A DNA stretch of 58,151 bases from a bacterium (GCA_041690355.1 JAWLHK010000012.1:62001-120151), one strand, 5' to 3'. Shown: positions 47,499 to 56,331, counted from the first letter of the stretch. Numbers and translations are program-made. Notes: generated from the sequence alone by a model not told the origin.

Positions 47499-47544
47499 GC
47501 CCTTGCTTGATCCCCCCTCTCCCACTCTCCCACTCCCCCACTCC
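47499..47544. repeat. Octamer array (TCYCCCAC) with adjacent GCCCTTGC motif
   Basis: gcccttgc at 47499-47506, then tcccccctctcccactctcccactcccccactcc. Confidence 0.75.
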
Positions 47545-47568
47545 GCTGCCCGTGACCACGCGCCCACA

Positions 47569-47597
47569 TTGCACCCTCCGGGAGCTTTTGCTATCAT
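47569..47597 (+). promoter_or_regulatory. tRNA promoter
   Basis: TTGCAC-17nt-TATCAT. Confidence 0.65.
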
Positions 47598-47635
47598 TTT
47601 AGATTCATCCCGGTGCTTTCCGGGCGACGCTTCAT

Positions 47636-47709
47636 TGGGGAGTCGTCTAACGGCAGGACAGCAGACTCTGACTCTGCTTATCTAGGTTCGAATCCTGGCT
47701 CCCCAACCA
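47636..47709 (+). tRNA. tRNA-Gln (anticodon CTG)
   Basis: Acceptor stem TGGGGAG/CTCCCCA, anticodon arm GCAGA-CT-CTG-AC-TCTGC, GGTTCGAATCC T-loop, encoded CCA. Confidence 0.97.
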
Positions 47710-47717
47710 TTCGAAGA

Positions 47718-47750
47718 GGCCCTGCTTGTTCCGCAAGCAGGGCTTTTTTT
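47718..47750 (+). terminator. tRNA terminator
   Basis: GCCCTGCTTG-TTCCG-CAAGCAGGGC followed by a T-run. Confidence 0.85.
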
Positions 47751-47981
47751 GCGACAGGGGATCCCACTTCTTGATCGTGGATCCCCCGGGCTTCCGCCAA
47801 TGCGAAGGGGGAACTCCCCAGCCATTCTAGAGGGGTAGCGCAAAAAAGGGCGCTGCCCCTTATTTTGTTTGGGCTCATGTGTTTGGGTAGCGCTTACAAG
47901 GCGCTTCCCGTTATTGGTCTGGAGCCCGACTGGAGCACCTTTGTTCTGGGGCAGGCCGAGCGAATAAGGTATGCTGAACCC

Positions 47982-48227
47982 ATGGAGATGACAAAGGAAA
48001 ATGCCCTGAAGTACCTTCGCCGTTGGGACGAAGTTCATCAAATCGAGATGGACGAATTGCGCGCCTCAACTGCCGACGACAACTTCCGCGCATTCAGCCT
48101 TCTCATGGAAGCCGGTCAGGACTACGGGTGGCAGAAAGCATTTGTCAAACACGAGGACGAGGTACGGCGACGCTGGCTCCGAATCAAGAACGCTCACGAT
48201 GCCCGAGAATCCACTCGAGAAGCATAG
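47982..48227 (+). CDS. Small helical protein, putative partner/antitoxin of the downstream nucleotidyltransferase
   Basis: 81 aa; overlaps the next gene; lower GC than the backbone. Confidence 0.65.
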   Translation: MEMTKENALKYLRRWDEVHQIEMDELRASTADDNFRAFSLLMEAGQDYGWQKAFVKHEDEVRRRWLRIKNAHDARESTREA

Positions 48228-48771
48228 CGCCGCGCTCCGCGACGTCCTCGGCTGGCTCACTTCCGAAAAAACACCGCATGTCGTCATCGGGGCGCTTGCC
48301 GTTGGTTTTCGCGGGCGCCCACGGATGACCAACGATATCGACCTGGTAGTGCTTGCCCCCGCCGAGAAATGGGGCCAGCTCGTCGAAAAAGCAGCCATGC
48401 ACAACATCGAGCCGCGTATCTCCGACGCGGTTGCTTTCGCAGATCGGGCACGCGTATTGCTTCTGCGTCATCGCCCGTCTGGCACCAGTATCGATGTTTC
48501 GATCGGTCTCCTTCCATTCGAAGAAGAGATGATTGCCAAGGCCTCGCCCGTACGCGTTCTCGGGATGGAGGTGCCTGTTCCGTCAGCCGAAGATCTGGTC
48601 GTCATGAAGGCTGTAGCGGGCCGTCTGCAAGACTGGCTGGATGTGGAGGGAATTGCTGCACGAACTCCGCAGCTCGATAAGGAATACGTCTTTCGTTGGG
48701 TTGAACAGTTTGCCCAGGTTCTCGAAGCGCCCGAGCTCATCGAAAAGGTTCGTGTATCTCTGGGGAATTAG
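48199..48771 (+). CDS. Nucleotidyltransferase (DUF6036/AbiEii-like)
   Basis: VIGALAV...PRMTNDID, EDLVVMKAVAGRLQDWLD. Confidence 0.85.
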   Translation: MPENPLEKHSAALRDVLGWLTSEKTPHVVIGALAVGFRGRPRMTNDIDLVVLAPAEKWGQLVEKAAMHNIEPRISDAVAFADRARVLLLRHRPSGTSIDVSIGLLPFEEEMIAKASPVRVLGMEVPVPSAEDLVVMKAVAGRLQDWLDVEGIAARTPQLDKEYVFRWVEQFAQVLEAPELIEKVRVSLGN

Positions 48772-49297
48772 CAGCCGCTCCTGCCTGAAGTCTAACGTCC
48801 CCCCAGAAACCCAACCATTCTGCAATCCCCTCGAAGATCCTGCTTCAAGGGAATTTGCTTTTGGGCCGCGTGGAGAGGCCCGTCCGCCTCAGGCGGGAAG
48901 CCTGCCCCTCCAGCCAATCGGGAAATCCCCCACGACCGCAAAAGTTTCCTCAAGATCGATGGTCTGACCCGACCCCTGCCGGCTTGTGCGGATGGCTGTA
49001 TGTTGCTCTGATGAAAACTCATGGCAGGAACAAGCTGGAGGCCGCGCCCGACATTGCAAAACGCCAGCAACTGGTCGGGAAGCTGCGCGCCGCCTGCACG
49101 CACGCTTTCAAGGCGGCAAAATCTCAGCCCGCCAGGTTTCAACAGCAGTTACACGCGGGCACGAAGGGGCTGTCAGACCATATTCAAAAGGCCCTCCCGC
49201 TAAGGACCTGATGCGACGCGTCCGCTTTCCGAATGCGCTCGAACCGAGGGGGCGGATTGTGGTATGGTACGCGCAATCCCTGCCCCGTGAGTCGCCC

Positions 49298-52015
49298 ATG
49301 AAACAGGTCTCGTATTTCCGTACCGGCTTTTTCGTCCTCGTCTGCCTGGTTGCCGCCGGGTGCAATCGGACAGCCCCGGAGCCGGCGGCGCCCGACCGGC
49401 TTTCGCTTGCCGAGCGGCCCGCCCCCGGCGAAGTCCGGGCCGGACGCATCGCCCACGATGAAGAGCGGATGCGCGGCGGTGCGGCCGACAGCGCCGTCGG
49501 CGATTATAAACTCATGAACCATGACGCCGTGTTCGTCATCCACGACGTCGGCGACTCGGGCGTCTACCTGATGAACGGCGGCGCGCTGCTCGATGCCGAC
49601 CTCTGGCGCGACGGCGAAAGCTGGGACCTCGTCTTCAATTTCGCGCCCATCGTCAGCAGCGTCTACCACCTCGAAGCGACCTCAGTCAGCGTCGAGTCGG
49701 ACGGTTCCGACGGTGAAGCCGTGCTCCGCGTCGACGGATATTTCCGGTCGGCCCGCCTGCTCGCGGGCATATCGGGCTTCGACCTGAACGAGCGGAAGGA
49801 CGGCCTCGAGGGAACAACCTGGTACCGGCTGCGCCCCGACTCCACCGCGCTCGAAATCGAGACGGTTGTCCGGAATACCGGCGCCGCGGCCATCCGGATT
49901 CCCGCCGGCGATGCCCACATTCCCTCCGATCACTACGGCGACCCCTTCGTGAACGGGGCCGGCTTCCGGCGCGACGGCATGCAGCAGCCGACCTCGCTGA
50001 TCGGCGCCGTCGGCGAGCGCAACGAAGGAACCTTCGCCCTCATTCCGGCCGACGGCGGACAGTACGATCTGCCCATGCCCGCGAATCTCGTCATTCAGAA
50101 AGACATGCCGGTGTATCTCGCTCCGCAGATCGAGTGCGCCGCCGAGCCGGGCGAATCCTGCGGCTGGCGGCGGTTCGCGGTCGTCGCCGAATCACCCGCG
50201 CGGGCAAGGGCCGCGGTTCTTGAAAGAGAGGGCAAAACTGAACGCACGCTCGAGGGGCGCGTCGTCGGGAACCCGAGCGGGAAACCCGTCGCCGGCGCAC
50301 GCGTTTTCGTGACGCCCGGCAACGATGCGACCGTCATCCTCGACATGGACATCACCGACGCCGACGGCCGCTTCGCCGTCCATCCGGGCGCGGCGACCCA
50401 TGTCACCCTGCATGCCCGCCCGACCGATCGGGGCGAAACGGCCGTCCATCCCGGTGCGCTCCCTCCGGTTGCGCAGGCTGAGGGATATGTCGCCGCGACG
50501 CCCCTGGATGTCCTCCTTTCGAATCCGCCGGCGAAGCTAGAACTCGTCATGGGCGAACCGGCTGTCGTGACGCTGCAGCTGCGCGAGCCCGGCGGCCGCA
50601 AACTGCCGGGCAAGGTCACGTTCGTCGCCCCGAGCGGCCCGATCGGCGCCAATGCGGCGTTCGGCGAATCACGCGCCTATGGCAACAGCGTGAACCAGCC
50701 CATCGAAAAGGTGGCTTGGCAGGCTCATGCCGAAGACATGACCGTCGCCCTGGCGCCGGGAACCTACGACATCATCGGGTCTTTCGGGATCGCCCATGAG
50801 CTCGGCCGGCAGGACGACGTTACGCTGGGGGCCGGAGAGAAGCGGACGATCACGCTCGAACTCGAGCCGGCCGTCGATCTGACCGGCTGGGCGCAGTGCG
50901 ACACGCACATTCATACCTCGTACTCCAACCACGGCCGCACAAGCCACACCGACCGGGTCATCACGCTTGCGGCCGAAGGACTCAACTGCGCCGCGATCAC
51001 CGATCACGACCGGATCATGGACTTTCAGCCGCTCGTGCGCGAGCTCGGGCTGGAGAAAACGCTCTTCACATTCCCTGCCCTCGAGGTCAGCACGTTCCTG
51101 CGCGGGCACATCAACGTCTACTCGCTCATCCCCGATACCACCAAACCGAACAACGGCGCCATCGCCTGGTGGGAAGAGGGCAACACGATCCCGATCCTTT
51201 TCCGGAAGATGCGCGACATCGGCGGCAGGGTGATTCAGATCAATCATGGCGCGGGCATCGGCGGATACTTCACGATGACGGGCTACAATCCCGAAACCGG
51301 CCGCGGCGGGCCCGAGTTCTCGCCGAAGTTCGACGTCATGGAGCTCGTCAACGGCAAAGGCTTCGGCGATGTCCCTGAACTGCGCGACATCGCCTTCAGC
51401 CTGTGGGATCGCGGGCGAAGAAAGGCCGTCGTCGGCGTCAGCGACTCGCACTACCGCATTCCCGAACCCGGCTATGCCCGGAGCCTCGTTTACGTCGGCC
51501 CCGAGTGGCATGGCGCCATGGGTGAAGAAGCCGTGCTCAGGGGATTTCTCGCCATGAACGCCGTCGTTTCCCGCGGTGTCTTCGCCGAGATGCGCATCGG
51601 AGAGGCCCGCATGGGCGCAACCGTCACGGGTGCGACCCAGCAGGTGGAACTCCGTGTCGAAGCGCCTTCCTGGGTTCTCCTCACGCAAGCCGAGCTCATC
51701 TGGAACGGCCAGGTCGTGCAGACCTTCGATATCCGCGGCCGGGAAAGTGACGTGGTCCGCCTTGATGTGACGGCGCCACTCAAACGCTCGAGCGACGGCT
51801 GGGTCGTGCTCCAGGTGTCCGGCGAGGGCGACCTGTGGCCGGTCGCGCCGGGCGCCAGGCCCTATGCCATGACGAATCCGATCTTCATCGATGCGAACGG
51901 CGACGGCTGGGTGCCGCCGAAGACGCCGCCGGGCGAAGGCGAGATCGGACTTGCGCCGCATCTCGGCTCGGCCCTCCACGGTCATGGTCACGGGCATGAC
52001 CACGACCACGATTAG
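49298..52015 (+). CDS. Lipoprotein, PHP-domain metallohydrolase (CehA/McbA-like) with N-terminal beta-sandwich domains
   Basis: Lipobox AAGC; DTHIHT, TDHD, E...GH, NH, SDSH, TNPIFID; His-rich tail. Confidence 0.85.
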   Translation: MKQVSYFRTGFFVLVCLVAAGCNRTAPEPAAPDRLSLAERPAPGEVRAGRIAHDEERMRGGAADSAVGDYKLMNHDAVFVIHDVGDSGVYLMNGGALLDADLWRDGESWDLVFNFAPIVSSVYHLEATSVSVESDGSDGEAVLRVDGYFRSARLLAGISGFDLNERKDGLEGTTWYRLRPDSTALEIETVVRNTGAAAIRIPAGDAHIPSDHYGDPFVNGAGFRRDGMQQPTSLIGAVGERNEGTFALIPADGGQYDLPMPANLVIQKDMPVYLAPQIECAAEPGESCGWRRFAVVAESPARARAAVLEREGKTERTLEGRVVGNPSGKPVAGARVFVTPGNDATVILDMDITDADGRFAVHPGAATHVTLHARPTDRGETAVHPGALPPVAQAEGYVAATPLDVLLSNPPAKLELVMGEPAVVTLQLREPGGRKLPGKVTFVAPSGPIGANAAFGESRAYGNSVNQPIEKVAWQAHAEDMTVALAPGTYDIIGSFGIAHELGRQDDVTLGAGEKRTITLELEPAVDLTGWAQCDTHIHTSYSNHGRTSHTDRVITLAAEGLNCAAITDHDRIMDFQPLVRELGLEKTLFTFPALEVSTFLRGHINVYSLIPDTTKPNNGAIAWWEEGNTIPILFRKMRDIGGRVIQINHGAGIGGYFTMTGYNPETGRGGPEFSPKFDVMELVNGKGFGDVPELRDIAFSLWDRGRRKAVVGVSDSHYRIPEPGYARSLVYVGPEWHGAMGEEAVLRGFLAMNAVVSRGVFAEMRIGEARMGATVTGATQQVELRVEAPSWVLLTQAELIWNGQVVQTFDIRGRESDVVRLDVTAPLKRSSDGWVVLQVSGEGDLWPVAPGARPYAMTNPIFIDANGDGWVPPKTPPGEGEIGLAPHLGSALHGHGHGHDHDHD

Positions 52016-52200
52016 GAATGAGGCCCTGTCGATGGATGTGGGTTGGCGCTGGCGTCGGACCCCGCGATCGTCAGGTCGTTGTCCGCCGGGGGCCCATTGG
52101 GTATGATTCCCCCATGCGCTCGCTCAGCCTCCAGGCCGCTTCTCACGAGGCGGCGCTTTCCATGCAGAAATCCTCAGGCGCCCTGCGCTATCTGGGGCGG

Positions 52201-54396
52201 ATGACCCTGCGCAAGCTTTGCGGCGTGACCGTGGCGGCGCTCCTGATTGCCGCGTGCAATGGAGATTCCGAATCGCCACGCGGACGCAGTCCGCTCACCG
52301 GCGCGGAGAACCCGGATACCGAGCAGCCCGAAACGGAGCGGCCCGACCCGGAACCATCCGATGCCACGCCCCCCGAAACGGTCCTCGTGTCGGGCCCCGT
52401 CCCGCTCGTCGCGTCGCGCACCGCTCACCTGGCCTTTTCCGGGTCGGACAGCGCGGGCCCGGTTCACTTTCTCTGCCGCATCGGCGCCGGGGCTTATCTG
52501 GCATGCGAATCGCCGGTCGTCCTGGCGGGACTCGCCGACGGCGCACAGTCCTTTTCCGTGAAGGCAGTGAATGCGGCGGGCCTCGAAGATCCCACACCCG
52601 CCACGCACGCATGGGTCGTCGACGCGACCGCGCCCGAGACGACGATTGATGCGGGGCCCTCGGCCGAAACGAGCGCCCTCCAGGCGACGTTCACGTTTTC
52701 GAGCGTCGACGATTCCGCGGATTATTTCGAGTGCAGCGTGGATGACGGTCCCTTCGCGGGATGCGGTTCTCCGCACACGCTTACCGGGCTGACCGAGGGG
52801 GATCATACCTTCGCGGTGCGCGCCGTCGACGCGGCGGGCAATGTCGACGCCACGCCCGCCGTGCGCGCGTGGACCGTCACGCTCCCCGCCTGGGCGCCCA
52901 ACGTGCTCTGGACCGAGCGGCTCGGCCAGCTGGTCGGCACGGCGCGTTCGCCCTATCATCCGATCGGCATGAAGGGGACGGATCTGGGGGTCGCGTTCCC
53001 CCTGAATGGCCAGCTGGTCATTCTCTTCGGCGATTCGTGGACCCTCGATGGGATGGACTGGGATGTCGATTCGGTCGCTCTCGCCGATCCCGCGTATGCC
53101 GGCGACGGCAGCCTGCCGCTGGTCAGCTGGCTCACGCAGCCGGGCGGGCGCTTTCTGCCGCTCACGGTTCCGGGCCTGCCGTCCGGACTGCACCTGGGCG
53201 GCATGAATGTGCCGGTCGACGGCTTCGCGAACGGCGCCACCACCTTCGTCTTCTTCAGCACCGGCTATTCGGGAAACCCCGCCGTACACACGCACTCGAT
53301 TCTGGCGCACACGACCGGCTTCGATTTCGGAACGATGGCCCTCGACCATGTGGAACCGAGCGAGAAATTCATCAACATCAATGTGATCGTCGAAGGCGAA
53401 ACGGCCTGGCTCTTCGGCAGCGGACCGTACCGCGCAAGCCCGATTTACCTGGCCCGCGCTCCGCTGGCGACGATCGCCGATCGCGGCACGTGGACCTATT
53501 ATCAGAGCGGCAGCGGATCGATGGCCGTCTATGGCCCCGGCGAAAGCTCAGCCGCCGCACTCGTCGGCACCACCGATGTCGGCGAGTTCTCCGTGCGCAA
53601 ACATCCGCGCCTCAATCTCTATCTCATGGCCTACCAGACCGGCGGCGCGCAGCGTGGGGTGCATCTGCGCACCGCCACGCATCCCGCGGGCCCGTGGAGC
53701 GCGCCGCTGCGCATCTGGAACCCCGATGTGCACGGCTACACCTACTTCATGCACGCGAGGGCAGACATTGTCGGCTACGACGACGGCCTTTCGGAGCCGG
53801 GGCGCGAGAACGAGTGGGGCGGGGAATACGGCCCGTACTTCGTCCCCGAGTGGTTCGACGGCCCGGGCACGCCCGAGGGGGCCTGGTCGATCGTCTATAC
53901 GCTCTCGTCGTGGAATCCGTACACCGTGCACCTGATCCGCACGGTGCTCGGCCCGGCCGGCCTGGCGTCTCCTCAGGTGCGCGGCGCCGGTCTCCCCTGG
54001 CCCACGCTCGCCAACGCCGACTTCGCCGGCGGGCTGCAGGACTGGTCGGCCTCGGGAGACACCTTCCGCACGTTCAGCCGCAACGGAAAGCAATGCGTGA
54101 CGACCTTCACGACGGAGAAGGGGGATGCCGCCGTGGGCCGTCTCTGGCAGGACTTCACGGTGAACGACACCGTCAGCGAGCTGCGCTTTCAGGTGCACGG
54201 CGGTCAGGCCGCCGTCCGGCTCGAGCTGGGTGACGACGTTCTCTTCGCCACCCGCGGGCGCAACAACAATGACGTCGACACGTCTGTGCGCTGGAAGCTT
54301 GCCGAACACCGCGGCAAAACCGTGCGGCTTGCCATCCACGATGACCTGACGGGAGGGTGGGGCTTCGTCAGCGTCTGCGGATTTTCCTTTCATTGA
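52201..54396 (+). CDS. Lipoprotein: two Ig-like repeats + DUF4185-like beta-propeller + C-terminal beta-sandwich
   Basis: Lipobox IAAC; DATPPET/DATAPET...AVDAAGNVD repeats; GTDLG...FGD, GPWS, YGPY, SSWNPY. Confidence 0.8.
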   Translation: MTLRKLCGVTVAALLIAACNGDSESPRGRSPLTGAENPDTEQPETERPDPEPSDATPPETVLVSGPVPLVASRTAHLAFSGSDSAGPVHFLCRIGAGAYLACESPVVLAGLADGAQSFSVKAVNAAGLEDPTPATHAWVVDATAPETTIDAGPSAETSALQATFTFSSVDDSADYFECSVDDGPFAGCGSPHTLTGLTEGDHTFAVRAVDAAGNVDATPAVRAWTVTLPAWAPNVLWTERLGQLVGTARSPYHPIGMKGTDLGVAFPLNGQLVILFGDSWTLDGMDWDVDSVALADPAYAGDGSLPLVSWLTQPGGRFLPLTVPGLPSGLHLGGMNVPVDGFANGATTFVFFSTGYSGNPAVHTHSILAHTTGFDFGTMALDHVEPSEKFININVIVEGETAWLFGSGPYRASPIYLARAPLATIADRGTWTYYQSGSGSMAVYGPGESSAAALVGTTDVGEFSVRKHPRLNLYLMAYQTGGAQRGVHLRTATHPAGPWSAPLRIWNPDVHGYTYFMHARADIVGYDDGLSEPGRENEWGGEYGPYFVPEWFDGPGTPEGAWSIVYTLSSWNPYTVHLIRTVLGPAGLASPQVRGAGLPWPTLANADFAGGLQDWSASGDTFRTFSRNGKQCVTTFTTEKGDAAVGRLWQDFTVNDTVSELRFQVHGGQAAVRLELGDDVLFATRGRNNNDVDTSVRWKLAEHRGKTVRLAIHDDLTGGWGFVSVCGFSFH

Positions 54397-54456
54397 GCGG
54401 CGAAGTCGACAGGCTTTCGCACCGCGCGACGATCCGGCATTCAGGCGGTCGCGGGC

Positions 54457-56181
54457 TCACACGCCGTCTGCGGGGGCGGCTGGCGCGCGGTCGAGCACCG
54501 CATCGCGGCCGTCTGCTTCGGAACGGAAGAAAGTAACGGTTACGCCTTCCAACAGCGCGGCATTGGCATCGCGAAAGCTGCGCAGGCGCTGCTTGGTGTC
54601 GACGAGCTCAACGCATTGGGGCAGTCCGGCCGACGGGATCTCGGTCAGGTTCCCGACAAACATCCGGTCGCCGGCCAGATAGCCTCCGGCGACAGGCTGC
54701 ATGACGGCCTGCCGGATGCCGGCTGCATGCGCGAGCTTCGCAAGATGGGTCGCGAGCGTCGGCGCGAGAAGGCGTGCATGCCATGCGCCGCCGCGGACGC
54801 GCGCCCCATGCCGGCAGTACAGGCGCATGACCCACAGATCTGCATCCTGCTCTTCGACCGCCTGCCCCGTTGCCGGCGCGACGCGGGAAACGGGTGCCGG
54901 GTGCGCGGCCGGTTGCGGCTCACGGCCCGTGGCGTGCGAAGCCGGCCGAATCCCGTGTGCGCCCGGTCCCTTGGCCAGACCGATGCGTTGCGCACGATAG
55001 ATGCCGGCGTGTCCCGAAAACAGGTAGGCGACGACGCACGCGATTCCCGCGTAGACTCCGGCCTGTGCGCCGAACAGCTCGATGGCCATGAGGGTCGACG
55101 CGAGGGGCGTATTCGAGGCGCCCGCGAAAACCGCGACGAAACCCATGCCCGCGAGCAGCGGCGTCGGCAGGGGCAGTATCCAGGAGAGTGTGCTCCCAAG
55201 CGTGGCGCCGATGAAAAAGAGCGGCGTCACCTCACCCCCCTTGAAGCCCGCGCCCAGGGTCACCGCGGTGAAAAGCAGTTTCGCGGCGAAATCCCATGCG
55301 GGCAGCGGCGTATCGAACGCTTCGAGGATGACCGGAATGCCGAGCCCGACGTACCGCGTTGAACCGAGAGCGGCGACGGCGAGTGCGAGGATGATCCCGC
55401 CGGCGGCGGGGCGCAGCGGAGCATACCGGATGAGCGCTTTGAACCGGTCGCCGACGACGTGCGTCGTGCGCGCGAAGAGCATCCCCACCGTTCCGAAGGC
55501 AACCCCCGCCGCAACCGCGGCCAGCAGACCCCATAACGTGAGCTGCGGAAATGACGAGATTACGTAGTGCGTGTGCCCGACACCCCACATTGTCGTCACC
55601 TGATCGGCGACGATTGCCGAGGCGAAGCAGGGGAAAATCGCGTCGTAACGCATCTTGCCGATGGCGAGCACCTCGAGGCCGAAGACCGCGCCCGCGAGGG
55701 GCGTGCCGAAGACCGAAGCGAACCCCGCGCTCATGCCGGCCATCAGGAGAATGCGGCGTTGCTCGGCGCGCATCCTGAAAAGCCGGGTGAGTTGATCGGC
55801 CAGGGAGCCGCCCATCTGTACCGCCGTCCCCTCACGTCCGGCAGAGCCCCCGAAGAAGTGGGTGGCGACCGTGCCGAGAAGTACCAGGGGGGTCATGCGC
55901 AGGGGAATTACGCGCTTCGGATCATGGATTTCTTCGAGGATCTGATTGTTGCCGCGCTCGACCGAGCTTCCGTACCGGTGATAGAGCCAGCCGACGAAGA
56001 AGCCGCCCGCCGGCAGCAGGGCGATAATCCAGCGATGCGATTCGCGCCAGTCGGTCGCCCATTCGAGTGCCGCGAGAAAGCCGGCCGATGCCGTGCCCGC
56101 CAGAAGTCCGACGATCAGAGAGATCCCAAGCCATTGGGCGACCTGGGGCGCAAGAGTGAAAGGTTCGAATCGTGAGCGCAT
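54457..56181 (-). CDS. eriC: CLC-F type fluoride/proton antiporter fused to a C-terminal DUF190-like domain
   Basis: GNNQI, GREGT and GGEVTP CLC-F signature variants; C-terminal GIRQA...GYL...LPQCVELVD. Confidence 0.9.
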   Translation of the reverse strand: MRSRFEPFTLAPQVAQWLGISLIVGLLAGTASAGFLAALEWATDWRESHRWIIALLPAGGFFVGWLYHRYGSSVERGNNQILEEIHDPKRVIPLRMTPLVLLGTVATHFFGGSAGREGTAVQMGGSLADQLTRLFRMRAEQRRILLMAGMSAGFASVFGTPLAGAVFGLEVLAIGKMRYDAIFPCFASAIVADQVTTMWGVGHTHYVISSFPQLTLWGLLAAVAAGVAFGTVGMLFARTTHVVGDRFKALIRYAPLRPAAGGIILALAVAALGSTRYVGLGIPVILEAFDTPLPAWDFAAKLLFTAVTLGAGFKGGEVTPLFFIGATLGSTLSWILPLPTPLLAGMGFVAVFAGASNTPLASTLMAIELFGAQAGVYAGIACVVAYLFSGHAGIYRAQRIGLAKGPGAHGIRPASHATGREPQPAAHPAPVSRVAPATGQAVEEQDADLWVMRLYCRHGARVRGGAWHARLLAPTLATHLAKLAHAAGIRQAVMQPVAGGYLAGDRMFVGNLTEIPSAGLPQCVELVDTKQRLRSFRDANAALLEGVTVTFFRSEADGRDAVLDRAPAAPADGV

Positions 56182-56197
56182 GAGACCTCACCAAATG

Positions 56198-56243
56198 AAA
56201 AAACGCTGACACTTCTACCGTGATTCGGTAGGAGTCATCAGCG
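56198..56243 (-). terminator. Riboswitch expression platform (intrinsic terminator)
   Basis: GCTGATGACTCCTACCG-AATCA-CGGTAGAAGTGTCAGC followed by a T-run; overlaps the aptamer 3' end. Confidence 0.85.
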
Positions 56244-56287
56244 TCGAGACCGGCGTTCCACGCGGTTAAGGCGAACTCCATCGCCTG
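56228..56287 (-). ncRNA. Fluoride (crcB) riboswitch
   Basis: GGCGATGGAGTTCGCC-TT-AACCGC...GCTGATGACTCCTAC consensus, upstream of a CLC-F gene. Confidence 0.95.
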
Positions 56288-56302
56288 CGGAATTTGTCTT
56301 TC

Positions 56303-56331
56303 AGCCTATCGGAGCAGAAAAGCAGTGTCAA
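56303..56331 (-). promoter_or_regulatory. Sigma70 promoter of the riboswitch/CLC-F transcript
   Basis: TTGACA-17nt-TAGGCT. Confidence 0.75.

Noticed and set aside
2841-47544. CRISPR or integron interpretation of the intergenic repeats
   Set aside because: There is no regular repeat-spacer array, no cas or intI gene, and no RYYYAAC...GTTRRRY attC ends.
48855-49211. ORF 48855-49211 as a real gene
   Set aside because: No motif, it spans repeat-like DNA, and its start is unsupported.
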